NCBI GenBank assembly: GCA_013239625.1
Contig: MU053652.1
Coordinates: forward strand, 3,957,902-4,021,901
Source of the DNA: Lama guanicoe
Taxonomy: Eukaryota
Direction: 5' to 3'
DNA length: 64,000 nt
The notes beneath the pieces are model-generated. The model did not search any database. It was not told the DNA's origin and saw only the letters and a program-made list of their open reading frames with translations. This document shows positions 23,911 through 35,800 of the stretch, one piece after another. The position numbers and the translations under genes are program-made. Within the stretch, counting starts at the first letter, position 1; each line of letters opens with the position of its first letter.

Positions 23911-24889
23911 GCTGTACGGCCTTTCTGGGTAAAATCTCACATCTTGCGACAAAGACAAGCATCCACATGGAGGATCTTTGTCCTGCCAGCTCCATTAAGC
24001 ATTGGAACAAAAAGTTACAGAATGTTCAAAGTAATGTTTCCATTGGAGGCAAGGGGACAGATGGCGCTGTCTTATTAAACTCACTGTCACCAGAGGTGTT
24101 TGAGCAGAGGTGGGATCCCTTTTGTACTCTTGTAGTTCCTTAGAAAGACTTTGCTTTTTCTATCAAATAAAAGTAAAAAATTTAAAATCCTTGCTTTTTG
24201 GAACTTAAATCTAGTTAATTACTAAAGGAGCAAACAGGCTGAGCATCTCCCCAAAGCCCACTCAGGCAAAATCTCATTCTATCTACAGGATCTGGGAGTC
24301 TGAATGGCCAGAACTGCTGGTAGGAAATTGTATTTCAGATTGCTTTGGCCTATTGCTATGAGAACTGAGTGAATCTCCCTTACCTTCATCCCTACTACAA
24401 CTACACACAAGCACATGCACACACACCCCATTCTTCCAATATTTACCCTTTCTTCTAACATTTCTTCCTAGCTGAAAAATGTTTGAAAGCAGTGTTAGGG
24501 AAGAATTACTTGATTTAATCGTTGGATAATCAAATTTATAGTCATATAAGAGAATATTGATATAGAAAAATAGATCTCTGGGATAAATGATAAAAGCAGG
24601 TATACAACAGTACATGGTGCTCCCATTTGTGTGAAAAAAAGTCAGTGTGGAGGACATGGGTATTATCATGAGAATTTTCTGAAAGAATAAAAAATGGAAA
24701 AAAATGTTGACAGTGATTACTTCCAGGGAACGAGATAGGGATCTGGGTTGGGAGATTATATTTTTCACTGTGTACTCTGAAAATTATTTGAGTTTTCTAC
24801 ATATATCTTAACAAAAATACTAATACATAAATGTATTCTTCAGTTTTACACATGTTCCCTCATGTCATATCCTTTATCCAAGCCTAAAA

Positions 24890-25250
24890 CTTGCCTACGT
24901 CCTCATCCTCAAAACCTGTGAATATAGCAAAAGATGTAATTAAGGATCTTGAGGATCTTATCCTGGATTACCCTGACGGGCCCTAAAATTCAATCAGATG
25001 CACCCTTATAAGAGAGAGGCAGAGTTTTGAGAGAGGAGGAAGCAATGTGACCACAGATGCAGAATAACCAAGGAATGCCTAGAGCCCCCAGAAGCTAGAG
25101 GAGGCAAGGAACTGGTTCTCCCTGAGAGCCTTTGGAGGGGCTGCAGTCCTGCTGACACACTATTTCAGAATTCTCCAAAACTGTGAGAGAATAAATTTCT
25201 CGTTTTAAGCCACGTGGTTTCTGGTAACTTTCTACTGCGGAACTCATATA
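24890..25250. mobile_element. MaLR LTR (MLT1C/D-like)
   Basis: atcctggattaccctgacgggccctaaa...agaagctagaggaggcaaggaac...ctgtgagagaataaatttctcgttttaagccac. Confidence 0.8.
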
Positions 25251-25616
25251 CAGTGGGACAGAAGGTGCAACTAAATAGCTAATGGTAGGTTTTTGGATTC
25301 CATAAATGTATTCATGGCTCTTCTGGACCAAATAATACCATAAGTTGATTCTACTTTCTTACTTCTCTTGTAGACATTTCAGTTACTATTGAAACTATGA
25401 AGTAATGATATTCTTGTCAATGAAAATATGAGAGGCTAGCTAAGCACCGGGGGGTTGCTATTAGAGGAATTCTTGCACTGGATGGAGATTGGCCTAGAGG
25501 AACTTACATCCCTTTCAACTTAAGGATATAATTCCATAAAACAATTTGCTTCCAAATATTGAAGTTTAACGTTTTAATAATATTTAAAATAGTCAAACAC
25601 TTAGAAATGCATTCAC

Positions 25617-26048
25617 CTGGAAAAGGTGTTTGAAGGTATAAAGTTCTCAGGACTTACCTTCTATACTTTCCAGACCAGGAATTCTGAAGGAATACCAGAG
25701 GCTACTGAAAATTCACTAGTGGAAAAATAAGTGAAATAAGTAACTCATGTATTTTCCAAAAATCACCATTTAGGACTTACCCGTGCCAAAATTTCCGAAA
25801 GATTTGCATGTTGTTACAATGCTTTGCCAATATTCTATCGATGTTCTCAGCCCATTTTAGAGATTACATATTTCCTCAGATTGTTAAACTGCCACCATAT
25901 ATAAATAGCTCAGTGTTGAGTGGTGAGATTACAAGGGAGGTAAATCATTCTCTTCATTATCACTATATTCTTTTTTTGGTTGAGAGAAAATGAGAAAGCA
26001 GGAAGAGACCCAGAGGCAGATCAAGGTTATAAGACATGCTGTAGCCAT
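25617..26048 (-). pseudogene. Candidate decayed Ig V-set-domain coding exon (unitary pseudogene relic)
   Basis: Frame-repaired translation shows IYLPC...IYIWW...NFQ*PLVFLQNSWSGKYR with V-set-like motif spacing and ends at a phase-1 donor CCAG|gtgaat; contains several stops and 1-2 frameshifts. Confidence 0.35.
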
Positions 26049-26714
26049 ATTGAAAATGTATTTTTGATGTCCCTCAGGTTGAAAAGCATGATATAAAGTA
26101 TGTAATAGAATATGTATTAGTGTTAAACATACAAGAATAGTACTAGCTGGTGTGGAACCTACTGGGTTTTTCACAAATGTTATTTATAGCTTAATTTTAT
26201 AATATTTTGTAAAACATTGTTTCATTAAAGAGGACATTCCCTTATTACACTCTTATAGAAAAGTCTAACCTGGAATTGTATTATAAGCAGAGCGGATGTT
26301 AATTGGCTGTGCCCAGTATTTCTGAGATAATGGCAGGACTTTCTTAACTTCTGCAAATTACCCTAAACACACTCAGCACCTAGCTCCCCAGAGTTCATAC
26401 TTGACCTAGCCTGGATGTTAAGGTGGTTAGTTAGCTCATCAGTTATAGCATCCAATGAGACCAAAGTTGTGAGTTTGATTGTTGTATGAACCAGTGCCAT
26501 TTTTGGTGCATTCTTCACCTGAGCTAGTTTCATGTAAATATGGGTCATCTCAAAAAGGGACTAGAGGAAATAATTCCAACTCACACCACTACTTGAGGGA
26601 GAAATGGAAACCATCTAAACGTTTGTCAATAGGACTGTCTTTACATCACATTGATTATTGTTAGGTGGAAGAGCCAGGGATCTATGGACAAGGAAGGTCA
26701 AGAAAGCCACACTT

Positions 26715-26820
26715 GGGGGAGGGTATAGCTCAAGTGGTAGAGCGCATGCTTAGTATGCATGAGGTCCTGGGTTCAATCCCCAGTACCTTCTCTAAAAATA
26801 AAGAAAGAAACCTAATTACA
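26715..26820 (+). mobile_element. tRNA-Ala-derived SINE (camelid Vic-1-like)
   Basis: gggtatagctcaagtggtagagcgcatgcttagtatgcatgaggtcctgggttcaatccccagtacc has A/B boxes and a tRNA-Ala(AGC)-like body with an altered anticodon loop, followed by an A-rich tail and cctaattac. Confidence 0.8.
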
Positions 26821-26879
26821 ACCGTTTCAAATGTTCACTGGAGAGCTGTTGACATTCTCAAGAATCTCTAAGTCCCACT

Positions 26880-27310
26880 ACTAATCTCAAGAGCTCACTG
26901 GGAAGCTGCTGTGACTCACTGTCTACCCATATGTCTGGTTGCAACTGCCTCTCTAGAAGTATATGCTTCTCTGGCCCACTGTTAGTCTCCTTCATGTGAA
27001 TTGCTTTTTGCCAGTAGAATATGAACAATTTGACTTGTGCCACATCCAAAAGGAGCTCTAAGTGTGTTTGTATGGTAATGGTTTGGTCTTTTGCTCCTAC
27101 CCTTTCACTATGGAACAGTATGTCCCAGATAGAGGCTATTCCATTAGCCTAATAACAGAATAAGACAACATATGGAATAGAGCTAATCTAGCAAGTCAAC
27201 CTGAGTCAGGCAGCCCTGCAGCTGATCCCCAGACCCAAGAACAAGAAAAAAAGGTTTGTCATAAGTCACTGAGATTTTGCAGTTGTCTACCCCCAGGGAA
27301 TACTAATACA
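26880..27310. mobile_element. Old MaLR LTR (MLT1 family)
   Basis: tgtcccagatagaggctattccattagcct...aggtttgtcataagtcactgagattttg. Confidence 0.5.
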
Positions 27311-27429
27311 AGATTTTATATATTCATCCCCTGTAATCATATCTTTCCTTTCTAGATCTAATATGTCTTTAAGATTCTCTTGTGTTAAAGAGTTAAGGAC
27401 TAAATTTTTAATTTCAGTTTAATTTTCTT

Positions 27430-27435
27430 TTTATT
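27430..27435 (-). terminator. STRIP2: Probable distal STRIP2 polyadenylation signal (3'UTR about 2.15 kb)
   Basis: AATAAA on the minus strand at the end of an AT-rich, repeat-free stretch that follows the stop codon; LTR-derived DNA begins shortly beyond it. Confidence 0.55.
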
Positions 27436-29571
27436 AAAGTGCTTCAGTAGATAAACAGTGTTATCAACAATCAACACAAACTTTACTGAAATATTCACAA
27501 ATAAAAGTCTTCTACTTTATAAATCACTCAAATAATATTCTGTCATAACAGTAATCACCATTGGAAGTTGGTTACTCTGTACTTATTCCTAACCACACAC
27601 ATATATTTTCAAATTGGGAGATTCAAACCAGTTACTATTAACATATGGGACTGGCTGTCAGTACCTCAATGCTAGTCCCAGCAACTCAATAGGAAAATGA
27701 TGTGATTCGAAACAAATCACTTATTCTTGGTGCCTCAGTTTTTCCCACCTGCACTGAAAATTAATCTTCCCTTAGCGGAGATTTATTAAAAAGTATGAAA
27801 TGTTAAAGCTTAGCATACTTCTATGCCTCAGAAAGCATTCCTGTGCATATTTTTAAAAGGGTAGGTTATCTGTTCTTGACACAAATTAAATACTACATAC
27901 TAATATTCAAAATAAAGGCAATTGTTCTTTCTTTGAAATTGTCTTTTCACTTAAGTCACAGTAAAATCATAGATTAGTATTGAGTTCAATAATGATATAC
28001 TCAGTAAATTATTTTAATTGCAATGGGGACTGCTGTCCTACTCAGGCAGAATTTACAGGTTATTTTAAATTCCATCCATTACATACTTACGTTCTTCATG
28101 ACCACTCCATAAAAACAGAAATCCTGCTACCCTACAGCACAAAGAGATGAAATCTAAGCTACAATCAGAATTTTGGTATAGTTCATTTGGAAATCATTGG
28201 TAACTCTGTCATGACTTCCAAGAGAGGCTGTGCTTGACAAAGGACAGAGTAAATAAGCTGATTTTGACTAGACCCCCTGGCACAATTAAAGTGGCCTGGT
28301 GCTATCATAAAAAAGATTCAGTAGTGTCCATGTGGTAGGGTGGGAGCACTTAAAACATAAGAGCTTGAAAATACAGATGACATAACTGTCAGGAGAGAAG
28401 AGAAATAAAATGATCCTGACTGAATCAGAAACTTTTCTAAAAATCTTGTTTCAATTGGGAAGTATGTGACTGTGATGTAAAAGAGAGAGGTTTAAAGAAG
28501 TTGGTACATCAACCCTATATTTTCAAAGAAACGTGTAATACTTCTAGGTAGAAGCAGTATTGCTAAATCTCCACATGACACTTTGAAACCGCTAGCAATA
28601 AAAAGGGAAAGAAAAATCATTAATCAACAGAGGAGAAAAAGAAAAATGGTAAGCTGTGATGCTCTCACTGTTCTATTCAATTAAAAAATAAATCGATCAT
28701 GAGCACAAATGGACATGCCACCTCAATAAATAAAACCTCCTGTAGTTGACTTGTCATTTAAAAATGAATTGGCTGAAAAGGATAATTTTCTGCAATGTAC
28801 TCAGTCATTTTAAGTCTGAAGTAGTTTCAGAAGAGGAGGCCTGACTGTTTCATATTGGTTGTGGCAGAGCACTCCATGCCCTGTACAGAGTACACAGGGG
28901 AATAATTTTCACATTGAACTCAGACCTCTTAAGGAATAAAGAAAAAACACTTTACACAATATACCTTTCTAGAGCATGCAGTATTTAGGTAATAGTCGAT
29001 CATCATCCTTTACAAAGGAGGTGCAGGTGCTGTAAAAACCATCTTAGAGCTAATGATTTTAGAAAGAGGTGAGTGTCAAAATTTTAAATTTAAAATACAC
29101 ACTTAATTTCAAAGTTGGGTTTGCCAAACCTCTAGTAATCCAAGGTGAGCAAGAAGAAAATGTTCTCCCTATTTTATGACCTGCACCTCCCATTTCCTAT
29201 GATGAATGCCAGGTTAAATGCCACAATAAACTTATCCTCACTCTTGGGGCTGGCAAAGGCTAATGCAGGGAGCGGTCCCACAAAAGAGCCTGTCCAGGAC
29301 TGATCCAGCAGTTTTCAAGGGCAATTGGGCACCCAGCTGACCCCAGGGCAAGTTGATCAATTTTTTATGACTCAGGAGCCCAGCCGGGTGCTATCTCCAG
29401 GCCTTATAGCCCCCAGAATAGTCTTGAACAACACTGGATGCCCTTGGGCTGGGCCAGCTCTCCCCTGGACAAGCACTCCTAGAGCTGGAAACAAAGGCTG
29501 AATGGGCAGGGTAGGCAGAGCACCATTTATTGGAGCCAACCCCTATCTATCAGATGCTTGTTGACAAGAGC

Positions 29572-29822
29572 TCAGTGATTCTGGAGCAGCTCCTCCCAAC
29601 AGATGGGCTGTGAAAATACCTCTCTCTCCAGCCAGAGCTCATATGAATAGTGGAAATCCTCAGGCAGATCCAACCTCTGCCCCAGCACACTCTGCAAGCA
29701 GTTATCCACAGGTGAAAACTCAGAGTCCTGGGGTCTGTCATACCGGCGGCTGTTAAAAGCCTCAATGTTGGCCCTCAAGGTGCATTCTTCTGCTTGGAAG
29801 TCCCACGGCCTGGCATCGATGT
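29572..29822 (-). CDS. STRIP2: STRIP2 last exon, coding part (251 nt) DIDARPWDFQAEECTLRANIEAFNSRRY...WEELLQNH*
   Basis: acacag|ACATCG...CACTGA; ORF 29572..29859. Confidence 0.96.
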
Positions 29823-32800
29823 CTGTGTTGGGAAGACAGGAAGAAAAAGATGTATACAACTCAGGACACCACTCCTCTTAGCAGAGAGCATGGTCTATGG
29901 GATACCAACAATGGAACTGCTCAGAATTTCCTTTTTTGTAAAGAGCAATGTACAAAGTAAGTATATAACATGCTGCCACTCGGGTTTAAAAAACACACAC
30001 ATGCCCACATGCATATGCTTATATATGCAGAGACTATCTTTGGAAGAGTCTGGAAACTGGTTAACAGTGATTACCACTGAGAAAGAAATGAGGGCCCCGA
30101 AGGAGGAAGACTTCTTTTTATTGTATTTTCTTTTTATTATTTCACTTTCTTAGAAGATATATATATTATATTTTCCAAAACAGCAACTCAGTTCTCTTTA
30201 CTGACGTCTCCTTGGGGATGGGTGTTTCTCATTTGAATGAAATCACCAGTTTTCAAGGAATCGTAAGGGGCAGGAAGGGGCACAAGAAGGAGAATCGGAA
30301 TGGAGCAATTACTGAAGACTCTTCTGATTCCCTGGAACTTCCCTCAGCAGATAATAAATCTATTTTATTTGGCAGCTTATGTTAAGAGTATGAGGTGAAG
30401 GCTTCCAAGGAAGTGAAAGCAGAAAACAATCTGCTTTGCTTCTATTTATCCCTCTTAGACCTTATTTCAGGGCCAGAGATACGAGATACGTATTTCCCAG
30501 ACCTTTTATGGCCCATACTCAACAAGTACAGTTTGGGTTTGGGCTCATGATGGCAGCAGCAACAGAAGTGCCATTTGCAGGATAAAACATTTCCATGTTT
30601 TAAAATTGACAAGAATTTAAATAGTTAATTGTGCTTTATGTCTTATAGTAGAAGTTGCATCCTGGCTTGTTATCTGCCAATCATATGCTTCCCTTAGTTC
30701 TCTGAGCTCTTTACAGCAGTTCAGGGAGGTGACAAACCCCAGCAAAGACAAGTCATTAGTCATCTAACCATGAACTCTCAAACACAATTATGCAAATAAT
30801 GGTCAAATCCCACTACAGCAAATGTCAATACAATGAAACATGCTCTCCAAAATTAAGTCTTCCAACTCCAGTCAGCCTACAATATCTTGGTAGGTCAACC
30901 AGATGTATAATGTCTCCTGATGTGAAGCAATATGCAGTTTGTTATGGTGCATTACTAGAATGTACTATAGGCAAAATTATTCTATTGAATTCATCAAAAC
31001 TTTAGATCTATCTTAGTTTACAGGTAATACCAGAGATAGAGAAATAAGGTAAATTAAACCACAAAGAAGCAAGCAGACAAATCCAGAAGGTAGATATTCT
31101 GCAGAACAACTGGCTCAGTTCTTCAATTAAGTCAGTGTCATGGAAAAAAAAAAACCCCAAAACCCCAAAACCAAAAAACACAAAACCCTGCAGATTCGAA
31201 ATAAAAGGTTATAACAACCAATGGAATTTGCAGTCCTGGGTTGGATCATGACTTGGAAAAAATAGCTTTAAAGAACATTTTGGGGCAACTGGGGAATTCT
31301 GAACATGGACTTGTTTATTAGGTAAAATGAAAATGTACTGATATAGAAAGGTGGAGATAATGTTAACCAAAAAGAGAAGACTATAAAATAGCATACACAA
31401 TTTATTTTCATTTAAATAAAATGTACATGTATATGTAAAGAAAAAATCTGGAAGAATATACACAAGATTTTAGTGGCAATTTTGAGGTGGTACAAATATG
31501 GCTTAATTATGGTAATATATATGGTAATATAATAAAATGTTTGCTTACTTGTATTTTCTAACTGCTTTGTAATAATAAAAGGTTATCTTAATTTTAAACA
31601 TCTCTCAGAGAAACATGTCACTTAAAGGAATGTTTTGGAAAGGGGCAATTATCCTTCAATTTACTTGTTTTATAAAATGGATTTTCATAGTTTACGTAGG
31701 ACAGAGTACATGCTGGAATTTGGGGCAGTGCCTTAAGGTTTGTTTCATCAGCACCTGAGTATAATTATGTATTTTCTCATCTAAAATATGTAACAGTTCA
31801 TACCAAAAGAGGAGAGATGTTTATTTAGTTTTGTTTAAACCCTGGGCAACTTCTAAAGGTCAAAAGCTCTGAGAAAACTCACCATTCCCATAAGCCCAGT
31901 CATCATTCATGCGGTGGCGTACTTTCTGGTAAATGGCTGACATGGTTTTCATGTTGCTTTTCCTCCACTGGCGCCCCAGGTACTTGGTCTGTATTTTTAG
32001 CAGCTTTAGGACATAAAGTTGCAGCATGGCCTGTTTGACCTTGAGGGCCCGCTTTAAGATTGGAGCAGATTTAAACACTACCAGCATCTGCCCATTTAAA
32101 GAGGGGTGGGAGTGAAGAAAGACAGATAAGGATCGAAAGTTTCTTAGAATTTCCAGCTCACAAATTAAGACAAACCTGGCTAACCTCAGACTACCTTGAG
32201 AGCTTTGGGAAATCTATGGTCCAGGCTCCACTTAGACTTAGTCTTTAAGAACAGAGAGGAACTACTCCATTTATATTTCACAATTCAAAATTTCTAATAT
32301 TCAAAGTGCAAAAATATCTTGCCAGCCATACATCCCATTTCCACTATTACCAGTTTCCTGTGTATCTTTTGGAGATAATTCTATATATGCATATATTACT
32401 TTTATTAACAAAGAAGATAGCAACTACATATCCTTCCACATTGTTCCATACCTTGATTTTTATTTAACAATATATCTTGAAAATTATTCCACAGCAATAT
32501 AGAACTGCCTCATTCATTCACATATATATATATTTTTATATATATATATATTTATTTATTTATTGAAGCATAGTCAGTTTACAATGTTGTGTCAATTTCT
32601 GGTGTACAGCATAATGCTTCAGTCATACATGAACATACACATAGTCATTTTCAAATTGCCTCATTCATTTTAATGGTTGTATTAATATTCTATTGTAAGG
32701 ATGTACCATAAATTATTTAACCAGTTGCTCCCACATAAATGAGCATTTAGCTTGTTTCCAATTGTTCATGATTACAAATAATGCTGCAATGAATAATTTG

Positions 32801-35800
32801 AGGCTTGTATCATTTGGAATGTTGACTGTAATAAAAAAACAATGCTAACTTCCCTACCAGAGCTGCCCTCAGGGAGGGTACATATTCAGTTCCCTGAAAA
32901 GAAATGGACTGGTAAATAATTATTTCATATAGAATAAATGCCCAGAATTAGGAAGTGCTAAATCTTATGGAGCATTTAGTGTCTATCTATTGAGCTCGCA
33001 ATGCATAAAGTCCATATTTACTAAAGATGAAAAAAAAAATTCAGTTAGCTGGACACCATGATCTGAAGCCCAACTCACCATGGTCCTGGAATGCTTCCAT
33101 TTGGTCAGTTTATTGAGCAGCCTCAGAAGGTTAATGCAGGAAAAGAGGTTCCTCCAGCAGAACTGGTTGTTGTCTCCAGCTTCCTGTAATAAGAGATGCC
33201 CATCATTATCTCAACACCTCCAAGGCTTTTCTTCCCACAAAAGTCTGGAAGTCACTGTTGGTCAGTTTAGATGAGGCCTTCCACAGGAAATGCTACCTCC
33301 TTTCCATCCCGCTCTTCACATACTGAGGCCTCAAAGCAAGCAATATCCTTCATCTGAAAACACACAGCTGCCAATCCTGGAAAACTCTGGACCTAGAGCA
33401 AGTACTGGTGAGAAAGATGATAACCGAACACAGGAACTTCACTGAAGCAAGCTTTCTGCTTGAGGATCAGAAAAGAGATGATAGAATTTTACCCCATATA
33501 CTTTGCACTTAAGTAAGCTATGTTTGTAACTGTTAGGAGTTATTCTGGTAGATTTCAAACTATGTTAGATGGATCTGATATTCATTATAGCTGAATTTTT
33601 TAAAATCAACCCCCACTCTCCTTTATCAAACCATATTGCAGTAAATTGCTTAATTCTCTAGCATGGAAGGAAAAACGGCAGATGGTTAATTCTAACCAGG
33701 TGTTTCTCTTGAACGTTTCTTGATAGCTTGTGAGCACTCAACCAGAGATAACAGATGGATGTCAGATCAGAAACAGGTATCTACTCATAGAAACGTCTTT
33801 CAGGAACAAAAATAAGAGCTCTTTTGGATTTGGGGGCCTATAAATATATATTGGTGTCAGACGCTATATAAATCAATGAGCACACATGGTGGTCAAACTA
33901 ACATCTTGGGAATTCCTCACGTCTACAATGTAAGAGGAAACGTAGGAGTGGGGGATGTGTAGAAGTGAGCTGCTGTCTGGTGAATGGAAGATTACACCCT
34001 TCTCTTCCAAGAGACACTCGTCTCTTGAAGCAAGCAAAGCAGACACACATCAGTTGTAGAATGAACAGCCAAGATTTTTGAGACTATTAGTTTCTCCTAA
34101 GAAATAGGTAAGACTGAGGATCAAAAAGTTGCAGGGAGATTTTTAAGAAATATTATTTAGAAATAATGTTCTCCTTCCTGTNNNNNNNNNNNNNNNNNNN
34201 NNNNNNNNNNNNNNNNNNNNNNNNNNNNNNNNNNNNNNNNNNNNNNNNNNNNNNNNNNNNNNNNNNNNNNNNNNNNNNNNNNNNNNNNNNNNNNNNNNNN
34301 NNNNNNNNNNNNNNNNNNNNNNNNNNNNNNNNNNNNNNNNNNNNNNNNNNNNNNNNNNNNNNNNNNNNNNNNNNNNNNNNNNNNNNNNNNNNNNNNNNNN
34401 NNNNNNNNNNNNNNNNNNNNNNNNNNNNNNNNNNNNNNNNNNNNNNNNNNNNNNNNNNNNNNNNNNNNNNNNNNNNNNNNNNNNNNNNNNNNNNNNNNNN
34501 NNNNNNNNNNNNNNNNNNNNNNNNNNNNNNNNNNNNNNNNNNNNNNNNNNNNNNNNNNNNNNNNNNNNNNNNNNNNNNNNNNNNNNNNNNNNNNNNNNNN
34601 NNNNNNNNNNNNNNNNNNNNNNNNNNNNNNNNNNNNNNNNNNNNNNNNNNNNNNNNNNNNNNNNNNNNNNNNNNNNNNNNNNNNNNNNNNNNNNNNNNNN
34701 NGGAACAAAAATAAGAGCTCTTTTGGATTTGGGGGCCTATAAATATATATTGGTGTCAGACGCTATATAAATCAATGAGCACACATGGTGGTCAAACTAA
34801 CATCTTGGGAATTCCTCACGTCTACAATGTAAGAGGAAACGTAGGAGTGGGGGATGTGTAGAAGTGAGCTGCTGTCTGGTGAATGGAAGATTACACCCTT
34901 CTCTTCCAAGAGACACTCGTCTCTTGAAGCAAGCAAAGCAGACACACATCAGTTGTAGAATGAACAGCCAAGATTTTTGAGACTATTAGTTTCTCCTAAG
35001 AAATAGGTAAGACTGAGGATCAAAAAGTTGCAGGGAGATTTTTAAGAAATATTATTTAGAAATAATGTTCTCCTTCCTGTAGTAACGTTCAATATTGTAT
35101 TTAGAACTAGTCCCAGGAGAACCATCTGTTTCATTCTAAGAGAAACTTCCATGGGAGTTTCCACTCTAGTGCATTAGCTAATCTGGCTTGCCCCAAACAG
35201 ATCAGATTTGATAGATGTTATATCTTGTGTGGCTGACAGAGACAAACTTATAAATGTTTATTTTTTAAAAAGGAGCAAGGGCAATAAAAAACATATGTGA
35301 GAGGTAAGTCTGTTTCCTCTGTGGGCTTCCTTTATTCTGACTTCTAATATGGCAGCATCATTAAAAGCATTGCATTCTTTAGCACCTCAAAGAATAGGGG
35401 TAGGGGCATGGCCTTGCAAAAGAAGCAACGGAGTAGGCACCAGACACCTGGGTTATGGCTTCAGCTCTAGCTGTATCATCTTAGGCAAGTAATTTCCCAG
35501 TTTCCTGTGAGAGGTTGAAATAAGATAACTTTTAAGGTCCTTTTAGCTCTGACCATTCAACAATTCTATGATTTACTTTCTCCAGTTGGCTTAAAAGTTT
35601 AAGTTTTGAGTGAGAGTAAGCTGACTGTGACTGCCTTTTCCTCAGAGCTCAGTCTCAAAAGAGTCCCAGGAACCGCTCCAGTCCCCTCCTGAAGCTAGTC
35701 TCACCTGCCCAGGGCCTTGCTCTCCTTTCTTTCTAATAATGCCTCCTTGATGACTACAACTAGCTCCACTTCTTGCACCACCAGATGCTGTCTGGAGCTG

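Noticed and set aside
23930..24060. Possible third Ig-like fragment (GNITL...C...WSW on the minus strand)
   Set aside because: Needs several frameshifts to assemble; indistinguishable from chance without an orthologue.
26721..26792. Apparent tRNA gene
   Set aside because: Altered anticodon loop, an extra D-loop base and an A-rich SINE tail indicate a SINE.
31145..31190. AAAACCCC repeats resembling a ciliate T4G4 telomere
   Set aside because: Only about 2.5 units within an A-rich tract of an old L1; simple slippage explains it.
34157..34714. 183-aa and 182-aa ORFs of X residues
   Set aside because: They are translations of the N gap.
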